This document shows, piece after piece, positions 32,286 through 44,614 of a stretch of 64,000 bases of DNA (position 1 is its first letter; each line of letters starts with the position of its first letter). A program made the translations under genes and the position numbers. The notes under the pieces were generated by a model that was not told the DNA's origin, searched no databases, and saw nothing but the letters and a program-made list of their open reading frames with translations. Where the stretch lies: the NCBI GenBank assembly GCA_000165345.1, contig CM000436.1:1184001-1248000 (forward strand). Direction: 5' to 3'.

Positions 32286-35200
32286 CTATTCATGTCTACC
32301 AATTGTATCTGAAATATCTGGAAAATCTTCTTTAGCTTCTTGTTTATGTGTTGTAATATTTTGAGATTTTGTGTTGTCAATTTTACATATCTCTGAATCC
32401 TTGTGTGAATTTTCAACACTTGTTTGAGATAAAAACGCTGTTTCATTTCCTTGAAATACCACAGAATTACTTTCAAAAGTTAAATTAGAGTTATTATTAT
32501 TGTTTTTTATTGTTGAAGGAGTGTAATTGCCTAATGTAATATCTCCAACTGAAATATTATTCCCATCGTTTATATTCAAATTAGAATTCATATTAGAATT
32601 TGAAGTAGAAATAGTGTTAGAATTTGACTGATTGTTTGAAAATCTATAAGTATTGGTTACAGGATTAGAATGGAGTTTGAAATTAAGGTTTTTTTGAAAA
32701 AATAAGTTTTCATCCAGTAATATACTATTTTTAGGACTTGCATTGCTACTTTGAGAATAAGATTTAAAGAATTGTAAGGTATTATGAAGTCTTCTTTTTA
32801 ATGAAATATACTTTTTAAATAGAATTATCTGAGAAATAAATAAAGTAGTAAAAAGTAATGCAATAATTAAAGTCTGGAAATGATTATAAAAGTAACCAAA
32901 TAAATTTAGTATTGATAACCTTATACTTTCAAATAGTTGTGTTAAATAGGTTATTGCTTCACCTGAATAATATTTTCCAAGAAATCTTTCAAGGTAACTT
33001 CCTACTAAATTTAAACTTTGGATTAAATAAATATCTCCCAATTTTAAAAATTTGATCTGATCTGTATCATTTTGTTCATTTTCTGTATTATTCATATTAG
33101 AACCCAATAGTATATCTTGGAGAAATTTTACTGAATTTGAAAGTCTATATATTGAATCATTTATATCATCAAAAGAAGAGTTAAAATCTGCAATAATTGC
33201 TCTTCTTTCAAGCTTCACTGTATCCAATTGTTTCTCTAAAATCTTAACTCTATCTATTAGAGATAATAATGGATGTGATTTTGAATTTGTAAAATAACGA
33301 CCATTTATTGATTCTAAATGATCTTCAAAAATTTCTCTCTTATCAATATACTTATCCTTTTCTTGATTCTTGATTAATAAACTCCTACTTTCTGATCTTT
33401 TAACCTCAAATGCTCCAAGCATATCATCATCTTTTCTTTTTTTATTATTTGTACCTGTATTAAAATTACTAGAATTAAAATACATTATTTGTGGTTTCTG
33501 ATCATTTATTGTTTCATGTATATCTCTTTCAATATCTCTTTTCCAAAGACGATTCTCTACATCTTTAACACTCTCTTCCATCTCTGACATTGAAATAGAA
33601 CTTCTTCTATCACCTCCTCCCATCTCAACCTCTAATCTATTAATTACATTATTTCCAAAAATTTGAATCCTATTTAAATGACAATAATAATGTCCTTCTT
33701 CATAATATGATATTGCTCTCACTCTAATATAACGAACCCAACATGGATTTGAACCATGAACTAAGTTATTCTCCTTAATATGGCCACCAGAAATAATAGA
33801 ATCTTTTCTAATACCAGATACTGATTGATCTCTATTATTTCTATGATCTATTTTATCAGATGCTTTACTTAAGGTATTATCTTCTTTAATATCAGATACT
33901 CTAGATCCTTTTAAACTGGTATGAATATGATCATGATCATCAATATTATAGACTAAATGATCAAAAAGATGATTTCCTTCATCATGTTTTACACATAAAG
34001 TCTTTAAATCAAACATTTCTTTTGGTAATATTTGATTTCTTCTTAATATACCGATAGGTATCCATTGTTTAGTTGGATATATTAAGCTACCAGAAATTTC
34101 AATTTCTCTAAAAGATGATGAAAAATATTCAAGAGAAAATAATGCAATATATTCAAGAAATATATCTTCTTGAAATCCTATAACAAACCACATTGGCTTA
34201 TTACAAGGTACTAATAGATATGAATCTGGATTAGAAGATTGAACAGATTTTGGACGTAATACTCCTTCACTCCAAGATAAAACTTTACTATTAGAAGAAC
34301 TTGATGCATAATCATAATGTAGAGCTGCTAATTGGCTTACATAAGGTGCTCCTTGAATAACTTTTAATTTACTTTTCTCATCCATTTTATCTTCTCTAGA
34401 AACTTTGATTTCAACCTCTTCTTTCTCTTCCAATCTTGTATTCTTATGTTTAATAGTTTCTAAACTACCACATATATGTAAATCAGGATTTGGACTTCCA
34501 TCATTTCTTAACATAATCATACTATCCAAAAATGGTGGAATACATTTATTTTGGGGAGAAATATGGGAAGATCCTAATGTAGAAGATAAATTTGAACCAA
34601 CAGAAGTTCCTATTGTTGTTGAAATACAAGAACTATGTGATCCTGAAGATGTTGGAATCTTAATAATATCTTTATTAAGTATACTTTCTTCAAAATTATT
34701 GGACTGTTCTTTTGAAACCTTAAAAGGTTCATAGTATTCACCAGATATTTTCCTCTTAAAAGATAATTTAAAGGATTTATCACTATTTGAAGTAGTAGAA
34801 TCTGATTCTAACTCCAAACTTTTATATATATTCAACATAGACTTTGAAACAGCTTTAAGCTTAGCAGAAATTTCCAAATTTTGTTTAATTGGATGCCAAG
34901 AACACTTAAATAGAAATTGTGAAGGATGACAAGAGCTAATTTTTATACCAACTTTACGTAAATCGTCTAACATTAGCTCAAAAATTCCTCCAAGAAGATA
35001 TAAAGGAAAATTTTCTTTCCTTCTTAACTTTGTTCTAGCTACTAAACTTGATAAGCTTGTAATATAATTACTAGTAATACCATCAAAGTTTGTTAACTTT
35101 TTATCTTTAATTGAAAAAATGATCTCTCGTATAATGGAATTGAGTTTTGAATCTTTTTTTAATATTAGACATAACTTATTATCTAATTGAGAATTTACTC

Positions 35201-35762
35201 TTTTTATTTGTCTATGTAGAATTGGGGAAACCCATATTGGTAAACTGTCAAGTCTAGAATCATTACAACCTTTACAATAAGGGCATGGTTTTCTAGAAGA
35301 AAGTATATCAACAAGTTGAATAAGTCGATCAAATGATTCCATTACAGATACTGAAACTCTTGAAATTTTGATTTTGTGTCTTCTTAGAATATTAATTCTA
35401 CAATCAGCAGGATTTAAGTTTGTGAAATAACTTCTTCTTTGAGAATATGTCTTATAGATACTGTTTTCATCTTTTAAATATTCAAGATTTGGTTGATTTT
35501 GGATTTCTCTCTGATTATTAATAGAATCAAGTGCATTAAAATATTTTTTTCCAATGATTATTTGCTTATTATTTTCATTTCTTTTGTCTCTTTTGGTAAT
35601 TTCCTCATTTTTATTATATAGTTTCTCAATAACTCTGACGTAAATTTCATGAAATTCATGGTTTTCACAATATCCTATATATTGGATAGTTGAGCATAGA
35701 GTGATTGCATAGAAAATACCAAAAATGACTAAAAATGTCGGAAAAACTTTACATTTTATCAT
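32286..35762 (-). CDS. SLP1/SUCO-type SUN-domain membrane protein (N-terminal signal/anchor, luminal SUN-like domain, coiled coil, C-terminal TM, Asn-rich tail)
   Basis: ATG at 35762-35760. The N-terminus FPTFLVIFGIFYAITL is hydrophobic. The block ending EEGHYYCHLNRIQIFG matches the SUN-domain C-terminus consensus (CLYRFRVHG). A TM FTTLFISQIILF lies near the C-terminus. Confidence 0.6.
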   Translation of the reverse strand: MIKCKVFPTFLVIFGIFYAITLCSTIQYIGYCENHEFHEIYVRVIEKLYNKNEEITKRDKRNENNKQIIIGKKYFNALDSINNQREIQNQPNLEYLKDENSIYKTYSQRRSYFTNLNPADCRINILRRHKIKISRVSVSVMESFDRLIQLVDILSSRKPCPYCKGCNDSRLDSLPIWVSPILHRQIKRVNSQLDNKLCLILKKDSKLNSIIREIIFSIKDKKLTNFDGITSNYITSLSSLVARTKLRRKENFPLYLLGGIFELMLDDLRKVGIKISSCHPSQFLFKCSWHPIKQNLEISAKLKAVSKSMLNIYKSLELESDSTTSNSDKSFKLSFKRKISGEYYEPFKVSKEQSNNFEESILNKDIIKIPTSSGSHSSCISTTIGTSVGSNLSSTLGSSHISPQNKCIPPFLDSMIMLRNDGSPNPDLHICGSLETIKHKNTRLEEKEEVEIKVSREDKMDEKSKLKVIQGAPYVSQLAALHYDYASSSSNSKVLSWSEGVLRPKSVQSSNPDSYLLVPCNKPMWFVIGFQEDIFLEYIALFSLEYFSSSFREIEISGSLIYPTKQWIPIGILRRNQILPKEMFDLKTLCVKHDEGNHLFDHLVYNIDDHDHIHTSLKGSRVSDIKEDNTLSKASDKIDHRNNRDQSVSGIRKDSIISGGHIKENNLVHGSNPCWVRYIRVRAISYYEEGHYYCHLNRIQIFGNNVINRLEVEMGGGDRRSSISMSEMEESVKDVENRLWKRDIERDIHETINDQKPQIMYFNSSNFNTGTNNKKRKDDDMLGAFEVKRSESRSLLIKNQEKDKYIDKREIFEDHLESINGRYFTNSKSHPLLSLIDRVKILEKQLDTVKLERRAIIADFNSSFDDINDSIYRLSNSVKFLQDILLGSNMNNTENEQNDTDQIKFLKLGDIYLIQSLNLVGSYLERFLGKYYSGEAITYLTQLFESIRLSILNLFGYFYNHFQTLIIALLFTTLFISQIILFKKYISLKRRLHNTLQFFKSYSQSSNASPKNSILLDENLFFQKNLNFKLHSNPVTNTYRFSNNQSNSNTISTSNSNMNSNLNINDGNNISVGDITLGNYTPSTIKNNNNNSNLTFESNSVVFQGNETAFLSQTSVENSHKDSEICKIDNTKSQNITTHKQEAKEDFPDISDTIGRHE

Positions 35763-36293
35763 AAATATTGTGATTTTTTACTATTTTTTATATAATTTTT
35801 CATTTTCATTGAAACCCCGCTATAATTTATTTTTCCTATACCGGTAATACGTGTACATGCAAATTAGTAATAAATTATATTAAATTAAATTTAATAAATA
35901 AAAAGAAATTAAAACTAGTAATTTATATAGAAATTGGAGAATTATATAAGAAAATTGATTGACTTTGAGCAAATAAGAATTCAATCTATAATTAAATATT
36001 TACTATACTTTACAGATTTGTATGAATATTGTTTTATTATTACTTTGAATTTTGTCCACTTAAAATTGAATTTTGCATAATATATTTTTATCTAGTTATA
36101 TATTTATCCTATAGGTTTTTAAAAAGAGGAAAAAAAAATGTTTTAATCTATGATTATCTAGTTAACATAGTTGAGTAAATATAAAAATTAAATTAAACTT
36201 AACTTAATTCTCGTTAAATAAATAAAGTAAATAGAGTTATTAGAGTTTTCTTAATTTATTAAATCTTTAATATTAATATTAATAATATAATTA

Positions 36294-38384
36294 ATGCTTC
36301 AAAAAGGTGTTCAGGGAAATACAAACTTTAATCAATGGAATTTATTGATTTTATTATTACATTTGCAATTACTAATAGTAAGTGTAAGGTCAAATGGTGA
36401 TGATGAGTTTTATAATCAAGTAGTTCCAGAGGATCACTCTAAAGCAATAATTGACGCATTAAAAAGTAATTTAAATAATAATCCACAATTGAATGGAGAT
36501 TTTAAAGATTTGATTGGAAATTTAAATAATATGAATGGTTATCAGAATCAATATTATTCAGATGGAAGCTTAATAAATATGAATCCAACAGTGAGTTCAA
36601 ACTATAATTCAAATTTTGGTAGTTTTGCTCAATCACAGAGTTATGGTTTAAGAAGTGAAATGAATACTTATTTAGATCCTCAGAATAGTAGAAATCGAGT
36701 AGATTCTAACGATAATACTTATCATATAATTTACTCAAATAATGAAGAAAGAAAAGTGCCTTTATTTTTGTCAAAATCACCCTTGGTGGTAAATAGTGGA
36801 GGAGGAGGAGGAGGAGGAGGAGGATATTCAAGACAAAGCTATAATGTAAATAGTCGACAAGAAATTAACAAATATTTTTCTCCGTATTCTTCAATTCACT
36901 ACTTAACATCTTCAGAAATTCCAAATAATGAAAATTCTAGATGGACTTGGAACCGCATTGAGAAGCCTATATTTAGAACAAACACTGCAAGGCCCATAGA
37001 GTTTAAGCATAAGATCCCAAGTAAGGATGAAGCTTGGTGGAATGTATCATACAATGTAAGAAAGGAGCCCAGAAGAATGGATTATTCAGAGAATTTAGGG
37101 CAGAATGAACTGGTTCAAATCCAAAATACAGCTTTAGGAAATGGAATTGAAATATCTGATCCAAACCTTAGTAATGATTTTGGATCAGTAGCTACTAACG
37201 AAGCTATTGAACAAATTCAAAGCCAGAGCCAAAGCCAAGAACAAAACCAAAGTCAAATACAAAGCCAAGACCAAGGCCAAATTCAAAGCCAAAACCAAGG
37301 ACAAAAACAAGGACAAAACCACCACAGCCAACACTATCATAAACATGGCCACGGCCATAAGCACAAACACAGTAATAACCACAAAGATCAAAACAATAAA
37401 GATGAAGAAGGACACATAGAAGATGAGATTGTAAAGTCTACAACAGTTGGAGACATAGTAAATTTGACTCGGTTGGAATTACCTAACCCATATGATAGAA
37501 AAGTTGCGGTGGATCAGCTTATTTCAACTTCATTAAATAACTTAAAACAAGAAAACTGGTCAATTCCTGTTGAAGAAATAATCAATGCAACTTTTATATA
37601 TCCTGGAACTCAACAACCAGATCTTGTTCCAAATCAAATGGGACCTAAAGTAAAAGTTCAAGACTTTTATTGTAATCCTCAGATTCACAAATGCACCAAT
37701 CTTAAAGAAGTTGGAGTTGCTATTGGTGAACCTATTTGGAAGATTTATAATACTTCTACAATTGGACGAGCTCAAAGAAGAATTAGTAATTTTCTTGATG
37801 ATACGGAGGTAAGTAAAGCTTTTGATTTTATTTTGAAATTTAACCTAAAATTATTTCCTAAAGGATCACCTAACAATGGGACTTACTCAAACCTTTATTG
37901 ATTATATTGAACAAGAGCCAACAGTAAGTTTAATTTAAATATCCATTTTTCAATTTAATTATCCAATTTCTTATAATAATCATTATGTTTTATTAATTAT
38001 TTTTAGATTGAATTATTAGAATCTATTGGAAAAGCTCCATCTAATATATTTCAAATTCCAGAAAATGGTTCAATTAATCAATTCTATGATAATGCAACCA
38101 GAATTGGAGTATTTCAGACTTCAGAATTTATTAGTCCTCTTCCACAAAATGTAAGTTTATTATTATTAACAATAATATTCAATTATATTTAATCTTAACA
38201 AAAATAGAAAACTGATCAAAAATTTGCTAATGCTCTAAAAAAAGCTGCAATTGATTGTTTACTTTCAAATTTCACTTTACCAAATTGTCAAATTCCAGAA
38301 AATAATACTATAAACGAACAAATATATGGAAATAATTCTATATATCAACTTTTTAAAGATCCAAAAGATAAAAAATTATATTAA
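36294..38384 (+). CDS. secreted His/Gln-rich protein, 5 exons: 36294-37808, 37864-37923, 38007-38150, 38208-38384
   Basis: Signal-like N-terminus LLILLLHLQLLIVSVRS. (QSQ/QNQ)n and HYHKHGHGHKHKH tracts. Three GTAAGT donors at 37809, 37924 and 38151, with acceptors tttcctaaag|G, atttttag|A and aaaaatag|A, all frame-consistent. The read-through ORF instead ends in low-complexity junk at 37901. Confidence 0.6.
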
Positions 38385-38696
38385 TTTCTAATTCTAAAAC
38401 TTACTTACTTATTAGTATCTTTTTCTTTTAATTACATAATTCTCTAAGCTAGGAGCTTTTATTAATTCACACAAATAAGAAACTGAAATTATTCAACTAA
38501 TTAGTTAATTTTATTATAAAAAATCAAAAAAAAAAATTCTATAGATATTTTATACCAATAAAAATCTAAACATCCAAATCACTACCTTATACCTTTTTCA
38601 AAATACAAAAACTCTAATATATAATGTATATATTATATATTTATACACACTCATTTTTGTTCTTCAACTTTATTCTTATACTAATTTTTATTATTT

Positions 38697-38747
38697 ACAT
38701 GTGGCGCCATCCAACGTAGTAAAGGATCCTGACTTTTGGCGCCATAG
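38697..38747. promoter_or_regulatory. ACATGTGGCGCCAT ... TTTTGGCGCCAT pair, ~190 bp upstream of UTP23
   Basis: Two GGCGCCAT boxes 26 nt apart, the first fused to CATGTG. Confidence 0.55.
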
Positions 38748-38934
38748 TCTATAAAGGACAAATAAATATAAAAGAAAAAATGGAAAAAGATAAATAATAG
38801 ATTAGTAGGAAAAAGATTAAGAAAGAAAGAGTGGAAAGGTTGTTTGTATAAATATATGATTGATTAAAATAGAAAAAGAATATTAAAGTTTAATGATTTA
38901 TGATTTGATGAAACTAAATTAATTATTTTAAAAA

Positions 38935-40138
38935 ATGAAGATTAATAGAAAGAAACAGATTAAGCGTATATTAAAGTATTATAAAATAAACTATGGCTTT
39001 GAGGAGCCATATAGACTTTTAAGTAAGTTTAAAATAACTTTGGAAGAATAGAAAAAGATAAGAAGAGTTAAAAATATTAAACTCTAGAAGACCAAAATTA
39101 TTAGATAGAGGTAAATCATAATTATTGAATAAAAGAGTTATACAATAATATTATTTATTTACTAACATTTGCCTCTAATAAAACTATTACTTCTAATAAA
39201 TTCTACTTTTTTCTTTCTTCCAAAGATGAGTTATTATTTTTCCTAATAATTTGAATCTATTTTCTAGTTGATGGTACTTTTATTATGGCAGCTCTTAAAA
39301 ATAAAATACATATAAAAGAACAGTTTCCAAAGATTTTGAATGGGAAAACTACTCCCATTATAACTGATTGCATATACAAAGAGATTGAAATGCTTAATAA
39401 TTTGGAAAGTAAAAAAGCAGATTTTTCTGGTGCAAAACTAATAGCTAGAGGATACTTCAGGCATAAATGTGGTCATACTTACTGTAATGAAAATATCTCT
39501 AATATTGAACATAAGATTTCTCTTATAACAAACAGTCAGGATATTTCTTCTGATCAAGAAGATCAAACTGAAAAAGATACTATTTCTGAAGTTAATAATG
39601 CAGGAAATCAAAATATTCCACGTACATTTGATTCTTTTAGATGCATTTTAGATGTTATTTCAAAAGATAATAATTCTAAAAAATTCATTGTTGCTTCTCA
39701 AGATCCTCTTTTAAGAAAGAAACTTCATAAAGTTCCTGGAGTTCCTTTGATTTATTTAAATAATCAAGTTCCTATATTGGAACAACCATCTACTGCATCT
39801 TATAATCACAAGTTTGCATCTGAAGAACACAGAATGGGGCCTCAAAAGTGGGAATACTCTTTAATTCCATCATTAAAGAGCTTAATTCAGAATAATAATA
39901 ATCTTGATAATAATGAGAGCCAAGAATCAAAGTAAGTTTTAATTCTTTATCATTTTTCATAAATATTTCACCTTTTAATTTCAGAACTAAGAAAAAGAAA
40001 AAGAAAAATCCAAATCCTCTTTCTTGTTTGAAAAAGAAAAAGAAACAAAACACTACCAAGAAATCTTCTGAGCTTAAAGATTCTGAGAAAAAAAAAAGAG
40101 TAAGAACTAAAAGAAAGCAATCCCTAACTAATAATTGA
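38935..40138 (+). CDS. UTP23: rRNA-processing protein UTP23 (Fcf1/Utp23 PIN-domain family), 3 exons: 38935-39022, 39268-39931, 39985-40138
   Basis: Exon 1 encodes MKINRKKQIKRILKYYKINYGFEEPYRLL, the hallmark N-terminus of Fcf1/Utp23. Splicing (GTAAGT 39023, ttttctag 39267) joins it to IDGTFIMAALKNKI...TDCIYKEIE (PIN core). The second intron (GTAAGT 39932, ttcag 39984) adds the Lys-rich tail KTKKKKKNPNP...KKKRVRTKRKQS. Confidence 0.8.
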
Positions 40139-40227
40139 ATTCTATATACTACTAATTATAGCTTTACTATCTTTTCTATATTTCTTTTTTTTCTCTATTT
40201 TTATTTCAACTATATTATTCTCTTTCT

Positions 40228-40304
<77 letters not shown>

Positions 40305-40828
40305 TCCTTACATTATTAAATTCTATCAAATTCTTAACACTTTAATATTGATTTCAAAATTCTAGAAATCCTAAAAACATAAAACCTAAAACTCCAGTAA
40401 AATATCTTTTTTTCTTTTAATAAAAATGTTCATCAAACTTGCAAATATGCAATTTTACAAGTATCGGCAAAAATTGTAATGTTTAGGCGGGAAATAATTT
40501 TAAGATATTTATTAGCCTTTAGAGGGAAAGTATATTAAATATTTAATAAATGTTTAATATTTGAGGAAATAAAAAGAAAAAATAATAATAATTTAGATAG
40601 AAGAAAAGAGGAAGAAAATTAACTAGTTGAATATAAAATTTCAGAAAATTATTTCTATATTTTAAAGATTTATTAATTAATTGTTTGATCATTTAAATCA
40701 GGATTGGAATTTAATAGACAAACTTAATTAACGATAAATATATATAAATATATATATTTATATTTTTATTAAAAACACCAAGTAAATAAGTAATTAATTG
40801 CATTTTTTTAAAAAAATTTGTGATCAAG

Positions 40829-42116
40829 ATGTTTAAAAGAGGAGTTATTACTGCTAATTTGGCAAATTTGGTAATTGCTATACTGGTAAGTTTAAAGATT
40901 AGAGTCTAATAAGTTAGATTAGCATTTTCCTAATCTGACTTGATTTGAGTGGTAATTAGTGACATTAACTTTTTCTTCTTTAACAAAAAAAAAGCTTTCA
41001 GGATGTGCGTTTGGAGGGGTAATGTTAGTTCAAAATTGGACTATGTTTGATGGAGTTATTCTATCATGGGAATTGACACCAAGCCAGCTTTACATTACTT
41101 TAAACTGTTCATCTAGAAGCAAAAGATTTTTAGGATTTTGTGTAAATGGTATTAAAGAAATTCATGGTAGCTTTGCTAATGTTGTTCAGGCAATTTGTAA
41201 CCCTTCAGAAAAGTATAAATTCTTAACAAATTCTTGCGAAGATGCAATTTCTTTGACTAATTATTTAAATATTATATACTTTGTTTTATTAGCTTCAGCA
41301 TCCGTTTCTATATTTGGGGTGGCATTCTTAATGTTGTATAGCAGAAGTTTCAAGGTTGAAGATAATAAGACAAATTGTAAAACATCTGAAGTAATTTTAA
41401 AATCTAAACCAAGAATTGGTTTAGCAGTTGTATCAATTCTATTCAGTATTTTGGCTTTATTAGGAGTCAGCTTTTGCAGTGTATTAGTTATTTATTTGAG
41501 CCAATCTTTACAGGATATACTATCATTTAGTTCTGATGTTCCAATATTTACAATTGAACCTTTCAAAGGTTCACTAGGATGGGGATTCTATTTACTTTTA
41601 TTGGCCAATTCTCTATTAATTGTACATATATTGGCTCTTGTAGATTCAACAAGAATGGCAAAAAATCTTTGGTTATTTAGTCAAGAAATTATGGAAAGTA
41701 ATGCAGCAAAACAACATTCTGAGATTGTGATTAAGAATACTAATAAAGTACCAGAGAAATTTTTTGTTCATAGTTTTCCACCATCTTCAATTGAAACTCA
41801 AGGACTTCAAAACACTGGATCCACTTTTCTACCAAATTCAGGAGTTGTTGGAAGTCGTATCCAAGTTCCTATTACTAGTGAAGATCAGTCTCATTGCCAG
41901 TATATGCCTTTAGTTCAAAATCAACAATTATATCCAAAGATTAGTAATACTCCATCAACAAGGTCAGTATGGGGATTTTTCCCAGTTAACTTACTTCCTC
42001 GTTTTAATCCATACAACTCTGGAATGCCAAATTTTATGAATAACTATGGAGATCATCACTGTCATAGACATCAAGGATGTAACCATCATCATCATCACCA
42101 TCATCATCATAATTAA
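40829..42116 (+). CDS. polytopic membrane protein with C-terminal His-rich tail, 2 exons: 40829-40885 and 40995-42116
   Basis: Real ATG at 40829 (MFKRGVITANLANLVIAIL). Donor GTAAGT at 40886 and acceptor aaaaaaaaag|C at 40994 join it in frame to LSGCAFGGVML. The track start at 40959 is a GTG. At least 4 hydrophobic spans. The tail is HHCHRHQGCNHHHHHHHHHN. Confidence 0.6.
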
Positions 42117-42401
42117 CTAGTAATTCTTTTGTAATAATTCGAAAAGAATTGTTATAACAAAAAAGTGACAAAAATCCTGAATTGGGGTGTTATCTATTTA
42201 TATATATTTATAAATAAATTCATACTAAGCCCCCTATATTTATTGCAATATATTAATCATTATAGACTTGAATATGTTTTATTAAAATATAACTATAAGA
42301 TAAGATCTATTAGTAAAAATTATAAATTATATCAAAAGATTTGAATAATTCATATTAAATCAATGAATTTCTCTGTAATTCTTTTTCTACTATCTTGAAT
42401 A

Positions 42402-43070
42402 TTAGTATCTAAATTCATCTTTCTTAATTAAACTTGTAACTCCGTGATCTCTTCTTTCTATAGTGTCAGAATGATCAATTCTGCAATCAAGACAATCAAT
42501 TGCTTCAATTCTAATCTTTTGATTTGCTCCTAATTGAATATTAGTAGGAATCACACCACCTGTCTGAGTCCTCCTCATTCTAAAGATTTTTGTTTTGCTA
42601 GAATCTATATACATTTTCCATTTTCGCTTATGGAATCTATGAAATATCATCTTCCCTTCAATATTTAAATCAGAATCTAAGTATAAAGGAGAATTTCTTT
42701 TTACTCCAGAAAATCTATTAGATGTATCAAGAATTTCATGCATCGCTTCACATGAATTCTCTAGTATTTGTTTTGCAATATTTGATCTTATGAACTTCTC
42801 CTAAAGATTAATAATATAGAAGATAAGCGTATTTTATTCAATTTAATTAGTTATTTTTCATGAATTGTTTTTTTTAATCAAGAATTAAAATAAACTTACA
42901 TTTTGTAATTGGTTAAGGACTTCTGAAAGACACTGTTTTTAATTTTAAGAATACAGAAAAAAAAAATAACAATGAATAGTAACTTCATCTTTAATCTTAA
43001 GCTATCCCATTTCCTATGGGAATTCTGAACTTACATGTATAACTCTAGTCTTCAACAATGCATCCTTCAT
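42402..43070 (-). CDS. small (~155 aa) hypothetical protein, 3 exons on minus strand: 43035-43070, 42900-42932, 42402-42800
   Basis: Exon 1 ATGAAGGATGCATTGTTGAAGACTAGAGTTATACAT|GTAAGT. Exon 2 aaaacag|TGTCTT...ACAAAAT|GTAAGT. Exon 3 taatctttag|GAGAAG continues in frame into the track ORF. A CCCGCC + CATGTGGGGGG element lies ~150 bp upstream at 43216-43236. Confidence 0.5.
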
Positions 43071-43332
43071 AGCTCCTTAATAAGAAAATTCTTGAAAAAA
43101 ATGTTATACCCAATTGGTCTCAACCAATAGATTTAATGAAACCAAATTTGAAAAAGATTATTACCTACGTAAATATTAATTAAACCCAAAATAAACCCTG
43201 TATAAGAATACATAACCCGCCTAAACATGTGGGGGGAATAATTAAAAATGACTAAAAAAAAAAGGGAAATTAAAAGAGAGAAAAAAAGAGCAAAAATTTC
43301 ATATAAAATAATTCATAGAACTTGCGATTGAA

Positions 43333-44083
43333 TCTACTTTTTCACAGACATAATCATTGAATTAATATCGTCATTGCTCTGTGAGGCTTTTTCTAAAAGA
43401 CTCATATACTGCATTATATTTGATTTATTAGTTTCTGCAATTCTTCCACACATAATAATTTCCTCAATAATTATGTGAGCCTTATCCAAATTAAACATAA
43501 TATCCAGTTCACACTAATAATGATTTAGTTAGAATCGAATTTTTAAATGTAATTGATTTAATTAAAAAAAAACTTACCACATTCTCAAAATATTTATCTA
43601 AAGTCTCTACAATAAAGTGTATAAGTTCATAATATGATAGTTCATTCTAATACATTATTTAAAATGTATTGGAAAAGAATAATTTTTGATAGTAATTTTA
43701 TTAGGTGAAATTATGATAATATTATTAATGATGATAAAAGAAAAATAGTAAATAAAGATTTTATGTGTAAGTAGAAGAATAAAACTTACCACTGTGTTAG
43801 AATTCTCAAGTCCCATTATAAAATATAACGATGCATATCTCCTAAAAACAATCTATATTAATTATAGAGAAACATTTAAACTTGGGCAATTAAAACGAAA
43901 AAAAAATAAAACTCACCTTATAGTTATTAAACTCAATAAATGGGCATTGATTTTCCCCCTTTAATAAGCATTTTCTTATTAACTGTCCTTCTAGAATAAA
44001 TCTTTCCTCTTTTGAAACATGCGTATAGTACTGGCTTAGTCTGATCTGACCCTGCTTGTTGACGAGTAATAAGAACTTAAGCA
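43333..44083 (-). CDS. clathrin-adaptor (AP complex) sigma small subunit, 4 exons on minus strand: 43916-44083, 43789-43851, 43577-43645, 43333-43512 (±1 nt)
   Basis: The spliced product MLKFLLLVNKQGQIRLSQYYTHV...FIEFNNYK|IVFRRYASLYFIMGLENSNTV|NELSYYELIHFIVETLDKYFENV|CELDIMFNLDKAHIIIEEIIMCGRIAETNKSNIMQYM... (159 aa) is collinear with AP sigma subunits (MIKFVLL..QGK.RL.KWY, RRYASLYFC.CID, LE.IH.YVE.LD.YFG.VCELDI.FN.EKA). Donors GTGAGT/GTAAGT. The track's 43890-44084 ORF covers only exon 1, and its end is 1 nt off from my count. Confidence 0.85.
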
Positions 44084-44230
44084 TTCTTCACACAAATAAA
44101 TATATGAATAACAATTGATTAAGTTGAGATTTTTTGTTCTATTATCATTAAAAACTTAATTAAAAAAATTTCAATATTTTTCTTTAGTTAAAAATATGAA
44201 TTTTCTTGAATAAATTAATGACGCAATTAA

Positions 44231-44242
44231 CCCGCGCGCGGG
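44231..44242. promoter_or_regulatory. CCCGCGCGCGGG 12-bp GC-only palindrome in the divergent AP-sigma/PAN2 promoter
   Basis: It is flanked by GGTACAAGCCCCCTCACGGAG, between the minus ATG (~44083) and the plus ATG (44615). Confidence 0.5.
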
Positions 44243-44614
44243 TACAAGCCCCCTCACGGAGTTGGCAGAAAAGATGCGTAAATAAAAGGGATAAAGAAAA
44301 CTGAAGAAAAATAAATAATAGAAATTAGAAAAATAAAGAAGCATATATATAGATGCAAATATAAGAAAGGTTATTTGATTTAGGAAATATATTAGAATAT
44401 CTCAATACAGTTTCTGAGGAAGTTTATGCATTCAGAAAGTAGAAAAATATATGTATAAACATTGTGGGAACTTAATCAGAATTGAAAGACTCTGTAAAGT
44501 TCTTAGAGGGAGTAGATGAAAATTAATCTAACAATTCAAGAAGTTGATAAGAGCCTGGGAAAAAGGTAATGCAGTCCTGTGGGAAAAGATTAGATAGTCT
44601 GGAAGAAAAGATAC

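Noticed and set aside
42894-42900. Alternative acceptor (tctttcag at 42923) for exon 2 of the 42402-43070 gene
   Set aside because: It gives an in-frame TAA four codons into exon 3. The aaaacag acceptor at 42934-42933 is the only one that preserves the frame.
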